Origin: Candidatus Omnitrophota bacterium
Lineage (GTDB): Bacteria; Omnitrophota; Gorgyraeia; Gygaellales; Profunditerraquicolaceae
Assembly: GCA_028687205.1 (NCBI GenBank)
Contig: JAQUAP010000001.1
Location: 6,831-70,830, forward strand
Direction of reading: 5' to 3'
Length of the DNA stretch: 64,000 bases
A program made the position numbers and the translations under genes. Below are positions 30,911 to 40,071 of the stretch, one piece after another. The notes beneath the pieces are model-generated. The model was not told where the DNA came from and searched no databases. It worked only from the letters and a program-made list of their open reading frames with translations. Position 1 is the stretch's first letter. Every line of letters starts with the position of its first letter.

Positions 30911-31028
30911 TAAATGGAAAAATAGAATACAGGTTGAGGGGCGGCAAGGCGGAGGTAAATCCTGGTATGGAGGTATCGGGACGGGAATGTGCCACGGGCC
31001 AAAGCGAAAAAAGCTGTCCTGTAAGGTT

Positions 31029-31062
31029 ACCGAAGGCCCCTGGTTTTCGGTTTTTTATTTTT
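31029..31062 (+). terminator. Leader hairpin ACCGAA/TTCGGT followed by TTTTTTATTTTT (attenuator-like) immediately before the first pilin RBS
   Basis: 6-bp stem, 11-nt loop, 12-nt T-rich tract; lies inside a ~145-nt untranslated leader. Confidence 0.45.
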
Positions 31063-31073
31063 AGGAGTTAATG

Positions 31074-31253
31074 ATGTGTGACGCAAAACCTAAAGGCCAG
31101 GCATCCTTAGAATATTTTATCATATTCGCTATTATAGCTGTTTTGACGATCCTATCTTTCAGTACTTTTTTGCCTAAGGTCAAAGAGGCGATCCAGGGCT
31201 CAAGCGCAAAGACCGGCTTTTTTCAGAAGGCAGCGACGGCCATAACGCAGTGA
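31074..31253 (+). CDS. Flp/Tad-type pilin-like protein 1 (class III signal peptide)
   Basis: KGQASLEYFIIFAIIAVL: G/A-Q-x-x-L-E-Y motif followed by a hydrophobic helix; AGGAG RBS. Confidence 0.65.
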   Translation: MCDAKPKGQASLEYFIIFAIIAVLTILSFSTFLPKVKEAIQGSSAKTGFFQKAATAITQ

Positions 31254-31257
31254 GGGA

Positions 31258-31437
31258 ATGATGGAAAAAATTAAATATATACCGGCCAAAAATGGCGGAC
31301 AAAGCATTTTAGAGTACGCGTTGATTATTTCTGTGGTTGTGGCGGCGCTGGCGGCGATGAGTATCTATGTGCAGCGCTCAGCCCAGGCAAACCTGAAAGT
31401 TATTGAAGACCAGATCAATGCCCAACCGAACAATTAG
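31258..31437 (+). CDS. Flp/Tad-type pilin-like protein 2
   Basis: NGGQSILEYALIISVVVAALAAM; 59 aa, below the ORF-track length cutoff. Confidence 0.6.
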   Translation: MMEKIKYIPAKNGGQSILEYALIISVVVAALAAMSIYVQRSAQANLKVIEDQINAQPNN

Positions 31438-31447
31438 GAGGAGAAAG

Positions 31448-31630
31448 ATGTTAAAAAGAAAGAGGGCTCAGAGCACGCTGGAGTACATCGCGGTATTCGC
31501 GGCGATCGTCGGCGCGATCATTATCTTCGCTTACCTGAAACTCAAGCCCGCGGTAGAGAACGTGATGGATTCTTCGGCGACAAAAATAACCACGGCAACC
31601 AGCGATTTCACTGCGCAGTCGACCAAGTAG
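31448..31630 (+). CDS. Flp/Tad-type pilin-like protein 3
   Basis: MLKRKRAQSTLEYIAVFAAIVGAII; AGGAGGAG RBS. Confidence 0.65.
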   Translation: MLKRKRAQSTLEYIAVFAAIVGAIIIFAYLKLKPAVENVMDSSATKITTATSDFTAQSTK

Positions 31631-31652
31631 CGTCTTTTTAAGGAGGTGGAAG

Positions 31653-32033
31653 ATGTTGCGGATATTTAAGAACAGGAGAGCGCAGAGCACTATGGAATAC
31701 GCGCTTTTGATCGCGGTAGTCATCGGTGTATTCAGCGCTATGCAGATCTATATGCGCAGGTCCATGCAGGCCAAGGTCAAATCCGGTGCAGATAATATGT
31801 CTACGGTGGTATTGCAGGGCACAGAGGCAGGGGACAAGACCCAGGCCCTTTTCGGGACGGAGAAGCAGTATGAGCCTTACTATATCCGGGAAGGCCAGTA
31901 TCAGTTCAGCACCGAATCCACCGAAGGCAGGGAAGCAGGCGTGGTTACTGAAGCCGGCGGAAAGAAAGAAGTCACCGGAGCGACAGTCAGCCGTACCGGC
32001 ACCCAGCAGATCACCGGCGCTAAAGAGGAATAA
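31653..32033 (+). CDS. Flp/Tad-type pilin-like protein 4
   Basis: NRRAQSTMEYALLIAVVIGVF; AAGGAGG RBS. Confidence 0.65.
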   Translation: MLRIFKNRRAQSTMEYALLIAVVIGVFSAMQIYMRRSMQAKVKSGADNMSTVVLQGTEAGDKTQALFGTEKQYEPYYIREGQYQFSTESTEGREAGVVTEAGGKKEVTGATVSRTGTQQITGAKEE

Positions 32034-32060
32034 AACCTAAAGAAGCAGGAGGGGTGGATA

Positions 32061-32384
32061 ATGTTGAGAAATAAAAAAGGCCAGAACACCTTAGAGTATG
32101 CCTTGATTATCGCGGCAGTAATCGGTGCCTTAATAGCGATCAATGCCTATATGAAAAAAGGCGTGCAGGGGAAATTAAAGGAATCTACGGATCAGATCGG
32201 CAAGCAGTTTGATGCCGCGGGAAGCCATACCTCTGCCTGGAAAACAGAGGCGTCCGGCACTACCGTGACTACGGAAAGCCGCGATACGTCGACGGGTGCG
32301 ACGACCAGCAAGGTAGAGCAGGGCGAAAAGGTCACCAGGTCCGAAACTGAAGAATGGGGCACTGCGCCAGAGCAGCGGTATTAA
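32061..32384 (+). CDS. Flp/Tad-type pilin-like protein 5
   Basis: NKKGQNTLEYALIIAAVIGALIAI; Thr/Ser-rich tail. Confidence 0.65.
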   Translation: MLRNKKGQNTLEYALIIAAVIGALIAINAYMKKGVQGKLKESTDQIGKQFDAAGSHTSAWKTEASGTTVTTESRDTSTGATTSKVEQGEKVTRSETEEWGTAPEQRY

Positions 32385-32732
32385 ATGCGCGTATTTGCAT
32401 TAAGAGGGCAGAGTTTAACTGAGCTGGCCATATTATTGGTTGCGGTAGTGGGCATAATTTTGACCATGCGTATTTATCTGCAGCGCGCTATGCAGGCAAA
32501 ATACAAGGCCGGGCCGGATTACTTGGTTTCTGAGATCAAGAACGCCGCTGCCGAAAAAGGGGCAGCCGGTGTCAGCGGCATAAAGCAGCAGTATGATCCC
32601 TACTATCGGGAGTCGAGCGTTGCTGAAACAAGGAGCGGAAGTTCCAGCGTAGGTTTTCCTGAGACGTCAATTGAGCAAACCTCTACCCGCAGCGGCTGGG
32701 AAAAGACAAGGCCCGCTCAAGAGGCGGATTAG
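32385..32732 (+). CDS. Flp/Tad-type pilin-like protein 6
   Basis: ALRGQSLTELAILLVAVVGIILT. Confidence 0.6.
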   Translation: MRVFALRGQSLTELAILLVAVVGIILTMRIYLQRAMQAKYKAGPDYLVSEIKNAAAEKGAAGVSGIKQQYDPYYRESSVAETRSGSSSVGFPETSIEQTSTRSGWEKTRPAQEAD

Positions 32733-32734
32733 AG

Positions 32735-33052
32735 ATGAAGAGCAAAGCGCAAAGCATTATGGAATACGTAATAGTTTTAGGTTTAATCGCCCTGGCTTTA
32801 GCGGCGATGTCTTTATATTTTCGCAGGGGGATACAATCAGTAGTGAAGATTGCGGCAGATGAGATGGGCGACCAGAAAGATGCCGAAGATATTAATCCCA
32901 TTACCGGGACCAAGACCTCTTCGGCAATCAGGCGCCAGGCGCAGAGCACGCAGAAGTTAAGGGCATACGAGGGCGCCGCCCGGTCAAGCGAAGTCAGCTC
33001 AACCACGCTGACTACCGGGACAACGGCTTCGGTCTCAACACAGGAGAAATAA
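32735..33052 (+). CDS. Flp/Tad-type pilin-like protein 7
   Basis: KSKAQSIMEYVIVLGLIALALAAM. Confidence 0.65.
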   Translation: MKSKAQSIMEYVIVLGLIALALAAMSLYFRRGIQSVVKIAADEMGDQKDAEDINPITGTKTSSAIRRQAQSTQKLRAYEGAARSSEVSSTTLTTGTTASVSTQEK

Positions 33053-33053
33053 G

Positions 33054-33365
33054 ATGAGAAGGGCGCAAAGCAGCCTGGAATTTGCCATTGTTATTTTTGC
33101 CATTATCGCGGCATTATTGGCTATGCAGGTTTATATCAGGCGCGGGCTCCAGGGAAAGATGCGCTCCAGTGCGGATGAGTTAAGCCTGCAGCAATATGAT
33201 CCAGGAAAGATGTCTTCGGATATTACCACTACGCAGCAGAGCGATATAACTACTACCAGCGTAACTACCGAAGACGACGAGTGCTATACTACAACCACCG
33301 CTAACACTATTAATTTCCAGACCGAGAGCCGTTCAGGCACCGAAAGTATTGCGTCGGAGAAATAA
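33054..33365 (+). CDS. Flp/Tad-type pilin-like protein 8
   Basis: MRRAQSSLEFAIVIFAIIAALLAM. Confidence 0.65.
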   Translation: MRRAQSSLEFAIVIFAIIAALLAMQVYIRRGLQGKMRSSADELSLQQYDPGKMSSDITTTQQSDITTTSVTTEDDECYTTTTANTINFQTESRSGTESIASEK

Positions 33366-33366
33366 G

Positions 33367-34389
33367 ATGCGTAGGGCACAGGCATTATTGGAAGTAGCGA
33401 TTTTTGGGGCGATCATCGTGATGCTCTTGGGCGTCCTCATAAGCTACGGCATCAGGTATAATTCCCAACAGAAGCTGATGCAGCAGTCCTTCAGGAAGTC
33501 TTTAGCCGGTGCAGTAAGCGAACCGGGCAAGGCCATATCCAATGTATTATTGGGGGATACGCATATTCCCAATCCCGCGGATACCTTCGGCATAGGCTCG
33601 GTCACTCCTTTTACCGGCTCTGCCGGTTCCATTATCCGCGACTACCGTTTGAACGAGACCCCTGACCAGGATAGCGAGTTGCCCAGGATAAAAATGAGTA
33701 TCAATGGTAAAGAATTTACTTATAGGGTTGCCGGGTTCAGAGATGAATACAATGTCCCTGAAAGCAGCCTAGATAGGTACGACCAGATATACGGTTCGGG
33801 AAATGTCTGGAGCATCGGCGAAGGAGAATGTCTGGAGGAAGAGGAGACAACCGACCCGAATACCGGCCAGCCGGTTACGACCTGTAACCAGCCGTCAAAA
33901 AATATCCGCATTATCGATTCCTGCGCCGGGGAGGTCTTTGATTACGGCACTGCGGTAAAACAGTGCCGTATGATCGTGGACTCGGCTGCCTGCGTCAAAG
34001 AATGCAGCCGGGCCAACGACTCCACGGATTGTAACAGCGTCTGCAGCCACTCTATGAATATCCCCTGGTATTGCGCCAATTATACGGAAACGGATACCGT
34101 AAATCATGCCTACAATTTTCCTGTTTTAAACCAGCTTTTTAGCGCAACGAGCTTAAAGGCGCTTGGCTTACAACAGAATTACCAGCAGCGCATAACCGCC
34201 GACAGTTCCTTAAGGAGAACAGAAGATACTTCGGGCATTGCGACGACGGATAATGTTAACTGGGAGACTGAAATTACCAGGAAGATTATTACTCAACCTT
34301 ACGGCTCAACCAGCGGTGCTACGACTACCGAGGAGGTTACCAGTGCAGTTTCGCAGAATAAAGTGGAGTCCCGGAAGACCGGCTGGTAA
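33367..34389 (+). CDS. Large pilin-like protein 9 with Cys-rich C-terminal domain (minor pilin or tip candidate)
   Basis: MRRAQALLEVAIFGAIIVMLL prepilin-like N-terminus; 8 or more Cys in the CNQPS...CANY region. Confidence 0.55.
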   Translation: MRRAQALLEVAIFGAIIVMLLGVLISYGIRYNSQQKLMQQSFRKSLAGAVSEPGKAISNVLLGDTHIPNPADTFGIGSVTPFTGSAGSIIRDYRLNETPDQDSELPRIKMSINGKEFTYRVAGFRDEYNVPESSLDRYDQIYGSGNVWSIGEGECLEEEETTDPNTGQPVTTCNQPSKNIRIIDSCAGEVFDYGTAVKQCRMIVDSAACVKECSRANDSTDCNSVCSHSMNIPWYCANYTETDTVNHAYNFPVLNQLFSATSLKALGLQQNYQQRITADSSLRRTEDTSGIATTDNVNWETEITRKIITQPYGSTSGATTTEEVTSAVSQNKVESRKTGW

Positions 34390-34609
34390 AAGGGCTCAAG
34401 TTTCTTTAGAGCTGGCAGCCGGCATCGTCGTAGTTTTTATCCTGCTATTCGGTACATTACAGGTTTTTTTATGGATGAATAAGCGCCTGGTACAGAGGCA
34501 GAAAGATTACGAGGCTAAACGGGTGGAAGCGGGGAATAGTCCGGTAGAAGTTCAAATAGATGAGTCTGACCAAAGCAAATACCCGAAGCTGAATATTTTC
34601 GCCAAATAA
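34343..34609 (+). CDS. TadE-like pseudopilin 10 (GTG start inferred; overlaps the end of protein 9)
   Basis: KRAQVSLELAAGIVVVFILLF matches the TadE N-terminal motif; GGAGG 6 nt before the GTG at 34343; no ATG is available. Confidence 0.45.
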   Translation: MQFRRIKWSPGRPAGKRAQVSLELAAGIVVVFILLFGTLQVFLWMNKRLVQRQKDYEAKRVEAGNSPVEVQIDESDQSKYPKLNIFAK

Positions 34610-34655
34610 AAGGGGACGGTTCTATGCTAACGGCCATACGAATAGAACCGTCCCC
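34609..34655 (+). repeat. Palindromic REP-like element A (GGGGACGGTTCTAT-N16-ATAGAACCGTCCCC)
   Basis: Inverted arms at 34612..34625 and 34642..34655, immediately after the pseudopilin-10 stop. Confidence 0.7.
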
Positions 34656-34674
34656 GGGATAGCCGGGAGAGGCG

Positions 34675-36741
34675 ATGTTAGGGAATTTTTATCAGAAATT
34701 TTCTCTGGATAACCTGAAAAAAGACAGGCCTTTAGGCCAGGTGGCGACCATCCTTATCTTAATGGTCGTGGTCATCCTGATCATGATCCTGACCACGGTA
34801 AATTTAGGCCAGCTCTCTCTTTATACCACTACTCTTTCCAATATCGCGGATTCTTCAGCCATGTATTTAGCTTCACAGTTAGCCACCCGTTCCCATGCTC
34901 TATATCAGGCATTAGGAAATTCTACCTGTAAATGCAAAAGCGGTGGCTTTGGCGGGCTCTTTGGGGCAATAATCGGAGCAATTATCGTTATTGTAGTAAC
35001 CGTAGTTACTTATGGAGCAGGCACTGCTCCCACAATGGCCGCAGTTATGGCTAATACAGGCTTAATGGTAGCCGCAGGAGTTGTGGGCGGCGCCATAGGC
35101 GGAGCGATAGGTAGTAGCTATTCCGGAACAGGTATTCTGGCAGGAACTATCCAGGGGGCGATGATAGGAGGTGCGATTGGCTATGGAGTTAGTGCCGGCG
35201 CAGGAATGGGGGCCGATGTAGGTGGTTCAAGTTTAAGCCTTGAAGAAACAGAAGCTCTCCTGGCCATGCAGCAAAGCGGCGTTCAAACTGAGGCTGGAAT
35301 TGCTGCTGCTAGTAAAATAGCTACTGCTTCGGCAGTTGGTGCTGGAGCAGGAGGCACCTTAGCGGTGGGGGCAGCTAGCTACAATGCCTATGTGGCTGAC
35401 CAAAACCAGGCAGCTGCTTTTGCCGCTGCCTCCAGGATGCTGAACGGCTTGCCTGAATATGACCGCTACCGCGAGAGCATATTTTTACAGGTCTTTTCCC
35501 AGGCCGTGGATGACCCGAATAAGGATAAGGATACCGATGACTTAAACGGTAACGGCATAGTTGACGAGAAAATCCCACATTTTCTCCATTATTGGAGCGG
35601 CAGGATGGGCTACCTAAAAAGCGTTATCCCCAGCCTCCAGAGTATTACCAATACTTTTTTTAACGGAACCCTGGAGGACTTTCGAAAGTATATGCAGGTC
35701 CAAATTCTTGGCGAGAGTACAGGCTCTTCTGATCCGGAAACAGGTTCGTCTACCTATAAACCCGGGATACTTTCTAAGGCGGGAGCAGGTACAAACGTTA
35801 CTGCCAACGGTTCGGTAGCTGAAGTCGCCGAGGCCTTGAATCCTATGTTCTGGAACCCGCAAAGCAACGGCTCTTTTGACAGCATCGTCAGCGGCTTTAA
35901 CAGCTTTATCTCCGACGTAAAATCGCTGCAGGAGATAGGCCTTAGCCGCCTGACCAGCCAGTGGCAGACCTACATCAAGAATTTTTATAATAAAGATGCC
36001 GGAAAGACGGCCGAGGATGGCTCAACCATTACGGATTATTATACGATGTTGGGGGAGGTAAAAGGTTATTTAAATGACTGGAAGACGCAGATTGCGCAGA
36101 AGAGGAACGCCCTTCCTGCCTGTAAAATGGGTGGGTGGGAGATGATTGATTACGCTACCTTTTGCCAACCCTGTGGTTTCAGCACTTTTTGCCCTAACAG
36201 CTGTATTATTGATTCCGGCCCAGAGATGAGCCCGATGCCTTGCAAATTTAATTTTACCCTTAAAGGCGGCACCCTGGATTATAACGTAGATGATGAGATT
36301 ACCGCCAGCCTGAACGATATCGATACTTTGATCAATAAGATTAGTAATTTCCAAGACGCGATTAAGCAGTATGTCAATGATATGGAAAATACCTACGCTG
36401 CGCTTGAAAGCGGTTACGGCGGACTGAACCCGGCGATTTACAGTTGGGCCGACAGCCGCGGAGACCACAGCGTAAGGGTCGCAGTAGGCAATTACCAGTT
36501 GGCCAGGACCATCACTACCTCTAGCGGAAGCTGGCTGAAGAAAGAGATCTGCGTACGCCTGGTGGATTACAGCGACGACGGCTCCAATTCCTGGGTGCAG
36601 ATAACCCGCCAGGACCCCAAGAACAAGGATGTAAAAACAGGAAAAGTAAGTTTAGGGATGTGGAATCCGTTTTTTAGTGGTACAATTACTAAGAAAGGCA
36701 GGGCCTATTATAGTTACGATAAAGTAGGCCTGACCCAGTAA
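34675..36741 (+). CDS. TadG-like pilus assembly protein 11 (large, Gly-rich, Cys-containing C-terminal region)
   Basis: N-terminal GQVATILILMVVVILIMILTTVNLGQLSLYTTTLSNIADSSAMYLASQLA matches the TadG/TadE N-terminal pattern; 688 aa. Confidence 0.6.
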   Translation: MLGNFYQKFSLDNLKKDRPLGQVATILILMVVVILIMILTTVNLGQLSLYTTTLSNIADSSAMYLASQLATRSHALYQALGNSTCKCKSGGFGGLFGAIIGAIIVIVVTVVTYGAGTAPTMAAVMANTGLMVAAGVVGGAIGGAIGSSYSGTGILAGTIQGAMIGGAIGYGVSAGAGMGADVGGSSLSLEETEALLAMQQSGVQTEAGIAAASKIATASAVGAGAGGTLAVGAASYNAYVADQNQAAAFAAASRMLNGLPEYDRYRESIFLQVFSQAVDDPNKDKDTDDLNGNGIVDEKIPHFLHYWSGRMGYLKSVIPSLQSITNTFFNGTLEDFRKYMQVQILGESTGSSDPETGSSTYKPGILSKAGAGTNVTANGSVAEVAEALNPMFWNPQSNGSFDSIVSGFNSFISDVKSLQEIGLSRLTSQWQTYIKNFYNKDAGKTAEDGSTITDYYTMLGEVKGYLNDWKTQIAQKRNALPACKMGGWEMIDYATFCQPCGFSTFCPNSCIIDSGPEMSPMPCKFNFTLKGGTLDYNVDDEITASLNDIDTLINKISNFQDAIKQYVNDMENTYAALESGYGGLNPAIYSWADSRGDHSVRVAVGNYQLARTITTSSGSWLKKEICVRLVDYSDDGSNSWVQITRQDPKNKDVKTGKVSLGMWNPFFSGTITKKGRAYYSYDKVGLTQ

Positions 36742-36742
36742 T

Positions 36743-37204
36743 ATGGAATTAAATAGTAAAGACAAAAAAAATAACCCCATCTTGGAGTATGCTATTCTGG
36801 CAGGGGTAGTTATTGTCTTTCTTATATTTATTTTCCAGATAAGGACAGGAGACGTTAATTTCTGCCGCGCTATCTTTAAAGATTTGGCCGGCGGACGTTA
36901 CGGCGTCCAGAAATATATTGACTGGGAACATTTCCAGGGTTTGGATATTGATGTCGCAGCAACCTATAACAGCTTTGCCACGCAAAAAGAAAAAACCGGC
37001 TATAAAAAGGCCTTTATCCAAAGCTTCTCCCGCGGGTTTAAGAATGCGGGAGGCAGGTATAAGGCATTTGTCAATTGGCGCATTTATAGCAAGGCCGGCA
37101 ATCAGATAACTGTGGCTGCCGACTATCAAGGCCGTAACCAGACTTTATTATTTACCCTCCCAAGCGCAGGGAAAAAGAAATTAATTGCCCTGCAATGGCA
37201 ATAG
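36743..37204 (+). CDS. Pilin-like protein 12
   Basis: NNPILEYAILAGVVIVFLIFIF prepilin-like N-terminus. Confidence 0.55.
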   Translation: MELNSKDKKNNPILEYAILAGVVIVFLIFIFQIRTGDVNFCRAIFKDLAGGRYGVQKYIDWEHFQGLDIDVAATYNSFATQKEKTGYKKAFIQSFSRGFKNAGGRYKAFVNWRIYSKAGNQITVAADYQGRNQTLLFTLPSAGKKKLIALQWQ

Positions 37205-37213
37205 CTTAGTTTA

Positions 37214-37375
37214 ATGAGGAATAAAAAAGGTTTTTTATCCCTGGAATACGCGCTGCTCATTGCGGTATTGGTAGCGGCGCTGGTAGCCATGGGATTTTAT
37301 TTTAAGCGCTCCTTAAGCGGAAAATGGCGGGAGGCAGGGGACAGTTTTGGCTTTGGCCGGCAGTACAAACCTTAG
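37214..37375 (+). CDS. Flp/Tad-type pilin-like protein 13
   Basis: MRNKKGFLSLEYALLIAVLVAALVAM; 53 aa, below the ORF-track cutoff; the stop overlaps palindromic element B. Confidence 0.6.
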   Translation: MRNKKGFLSLEYALLIAVLVAALVAMGFYFKRSLSGKWREAGDSFGFGRQYKP

Positions 37376-37450
37376 GGACGGTTCTCAACTCAAAGCTAAA
37401 GTGTCCCCCGATTAGGGGACGCTTTGAGATTGGCTTGAGAACCGTCCCTA
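37373..37450 (+). repeat. Palindromic REP-like element B (TAGGGACGGTTCTCAA...TTGAGAACCGTCCCTA with a nested inner palindrome)
   Basis: Arms at 37373..37388 and 37435..37450; inner CTCAAAGC...GGGGACGCTTTGAG. Confidence 0.7.
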
Positions 37451-37470
37451 AATAAAACGAAAGTTAGCCT

Positions 37471-38319
37471 ATGCAAATCTTAGTAATCCTGGGATTAATC
37501 GCTGCGTCCATAATTTTAATCGGTAGCCAACTCCTGCCTATATTCCTGCAACGGGCAAGCAATCTGCACACGCAAAAGGTAACGGAGGCGGAAAAACAAC
37601 TGGATAAGATGTTTATCCAGGTCAACCGCCAGAAGCTTATTTTATGGTATACGGTTACACCCCTTATTATGGGGCTGGCGGGTTTTTTCTTTTTCCGCAA
37701 TTTAGGCTTAGCCCTACTTACCGGCGCAGTCAGCTTTATCTTTCCTTCCCTGATCATTAAAAATTTAAAAGCTAAACGCCGCGCCCTCTTTCAAAACCAG
37801 CTTGCCGACGGGATCATGGTGCTTTCCTCGTCGCTAAAAGGCGGGCTTTCCTTGATGCAGGCGATGGAGGTGGTAGTGGAGGAGATGCCGGCTCCTTTTT
37901 CCCAGGAATTCGGCCTGGTCTTAAGAGAAAATAAAATCGGCGTGCCCTTAGAAGAGAGCCTGAAGCATTTACACGAGAGGCTGCATTTTGAAGAGCTGGA
38001 TTTAGTGATTAACTCTATGCTGGTTTCTAAAGAAACCGGCGGAGACCTAACTAAAGTTTTAGCGCGCCTCTCGGTTACGCTGCGGGATAACCGCAAATTA
38101 AAGGAAAGCATCAAGACCTTGACCCTCCAAGGTAGGCTCCAGGGGATCATTATGTCGGTATTACCCTTCTTTTTTGTCGCCTGGGTAGTAAGTTTTAACC
38201 GCAACCACTTTGATATCATGTTTAATTCAGAGACAGGCAGGGTACTTTTAATAATCGCGGTTTGCTTACAGGTAGTGGGGATATTTTTAATCCATAAATT
38301 CAGTAAGATAGACATATAG
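37471..38319 (+). CDS. tadB: Flp pilus assembly protein TadB (T2SS F-domain membrane protein)
   Basis: 282 aa with an N-terminal TM helix, cytoplasmic GspF-like domain and C-terminal TM helices, directly after the pilin genes. Confidence 0.75.
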   Translation: MQILVILGLIAASIILIGSQLLPIFLQRASNLHTQKVTEAEKQLDKMFIQVNRQKLILWYTVTPLIMGLAGFFFFRNLGLALLTGAVSFIFPSLIIKNLKAKRRALFQNQLADGIMVLSSSLKGGLSLMQAMEVVVEEMPAPFSQEFGLVLRENKIGVPLEESLKHLHERLHFEELDLVINSMLVSKETGGDLTKVLARLSVTLRDNRKLKESIKTLTLQGRLQGIIMSVLPFFFVAWVVSFNRNHFDIMFNSETGRVLLIIAVCLQVVGIFLIHKFSKIDI

Positions 38320-38325
38320 TCCAAC

Positions 38326-38374
38326 AGGGGACGGTTCTATTCTTTATGGCCATTTAGCATAGAACCGTCCCCTG
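38326..38374 (+). repeat. Palindromic REP-like element C (GGGGACGGTTCTAT-N18-ATAGAACCGTCCCC)
   Basis: Arms at 38327..38340 and 38359..38372, between tadB and tadC. Confidence 0.7.
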
Positions 38375-38388
38375 CGAGCAGGAGGAAT

Positions 38389-39250
38389 ATGCTTATATTA
38401 ATTTTTATATTTCTGGCATTGGCAATTATATTAATAGTAGTAGGCATAAGGAGTATCCCTCAGGTCACCGGAGCCAGGACGCCGATAGCCCCCATAAAAT
38501 CCAGAGTCTCCAGGTTCCATTTTCTAGCCGCGATTTTTTCCTTTCACCAAAGTTATCCTGGAGAAGCTCAATTTAGAGCTTAAAATTAAATCCCGCTTAG
38601 CCAGCGCGCATTTAAGGCTTACGCCCCAGGAGTTTTTTAACCTTAAGCTCCTGTTTATGATTGTTTTAATTATCCTCACTCCCATAGTATTAGGTAAGAT
38701 TGAGCCAGTGGGATTTATTGTCGCGCTTGCCGCCGGATACCTCCTGCCGGAGATTTGGCTCAACAGCCGGGTAGCTAAGCGTAAATACGCCATTATCCGG
38801 GTGCTCCCTGAAACCGTAGATTTATTAAGTTTATGCGTGGACGCCGGCCTGGATTTTGTCGCTTCCATTGAGTGGGTGATTAAAAAAGGCATCTCCACCA
38901 ACCCGATGATTGAAGAGCTGGCCTTTGTTTTAGAGGAGATCCAGTGGGGTAAACCCCGCAGCCAGGCCTTAAAAGATATGGCTAAGAGGCTGAATATCCC
39001 GGAGGTCAACTCTTTTATCCAGACCCTGGTCCAGGCTGAACGCATGGGCACTCCGGTTGCCGAGGCCTTTGGGGTTTTATCCGAAGACGCCCGTATGCAA
39101 CGCTTTAACCGCGGAGAGCGGTTCGCGATGAAGGCTCCGATTAAAATCCTTATCCCGCTCATCTTCTGTATCCTGCCGGTAATCGGCATCATTATCGGCG
39201 GCCCGATATTCCTGCAGTTTACCCAGGGCAAAATGCTCCAAGGCTTCTAA
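38389..39250 (+). pseudogene. tadC: Flp pilus assembly protein TadC, apparent single-base frame change near the T6 run at ~38534
   Basis: N-terminal 45 aa read in the frame of 38389 and the rest in the frame of 38657; the latter is open back to 38528 and encodes the typical TadC region ...LKIKSRLASAHLRLTPQEFFNLKLLFMIV. Confidence 0.6.
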
Positions 39251-39253
39251 AAT

Positions 39254-39310
39254 AAAGGGGACGTTTCTATTTATTTGAGCAACTATAGAAAAAATAGAAA
39301 CGTCCCCTTT
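39254..39310 (+). repeat. Palindromic REP-like element D (AAAGGGGACGTTTCTAT-N23-ATAGAAACGTCCCCTTT), upstream of the RAYT-like gene
   Basis: Arms at 39254..39270 and 39294..39310. Confidence 0.7.
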
Positions 39311-39367
39311 ATTTTGCGTTAGATTTTTTCTTACCTTACGTCAATTGTAGTATAAGGAGGCAGCCCT

Positions 39368-40045
39368 ATGCCCAGGATAGGAAGAATAGTCCCTCTTGAT
39401 GCTACCTTACATGTCATCAGTAGGGGTAATAACCGCCGAGTTGTGTTTCATAGTGAAAGTGACAAATTGAGATATTATGCATTATTATTTAAATTGAAGC
39501 AAGAAAATAAGATAGATATTTTACACTATTGCTTGATGGCCAACCATGTCCATTTGGTCCTCCAGCTTAAACCGGAAAGCACCCTAGCTAAGTTTATGAA
39601 ACAGCTTAATTTAACGTATTCTCATTACTATAGGAAGCTATATGAATATGCCGGCTATCTCTGGCAAGGCAGATTCAAAAGCAATATAATTGAAATGGAC
39701 TCATATTTATTGCAATGCGGTAAATATATTGAACTTAATCCGGTTCGGGCGGGCATTATAGCTCATCCCGCACAATACCTTTTCTCAAGCTATAATTTCT
39801 ATGCGGAAGGCAAATCCGACTCACTTGTTACTCCGAGCCCGGTATACCTGGGTTTAGCTGGCTCACCTGCGCGAAGGCAGGAACAATATATTGATTTTGT
39901 AATTGACAGCAGTATAATAAACTCAGATTTACTCGCCTCTAAAATATATATAGGAAGCCAAGCTTTTATTAACCGCCTCCAAACTCAATATAAGATAGGG
40001 AATTACAGGGAGAAAAGGGGCAGGCCATTCAAAGCAGAACAATAA
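39368..40045 (+). mobile_element. IS200-like Y1 transposase of the REP-associated (RAYT/TnpA-REP) type
   Basis: N-terminal HVISRGNNRRVVF; HuH motif ANHVHLVLQL; WQGRFKS and YLLQCGKYIELNPVRAGI (catalytic Tyr region); flanked by palindromic elements D and E. Confidence 0.7.
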
Positions 40046-40051
40046 TAAAAA

Positions 40052-40068
40052 ATAGAAACGTCCCCTTT
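40052..40068 (+). repeat. REP-like half element E (ATAGAAACGTCCCCTTT) directly after the transposase stop
   Basis: Same arm sequence and orientation as the right arm of element D; overlaps the 5' end of the porin reading frame. Confidence 0.65.
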
Positions 40069-40071
40069 ATT

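Noticed and set aside
30882-31064. 60-aa ORF in the pilin-operon leader
   Set aside because: Lies between the promoter and the terminator-like hairpin; no RBS; Gly/Lys-rich nonsense-like translation. More likely untranslated leader RNA.
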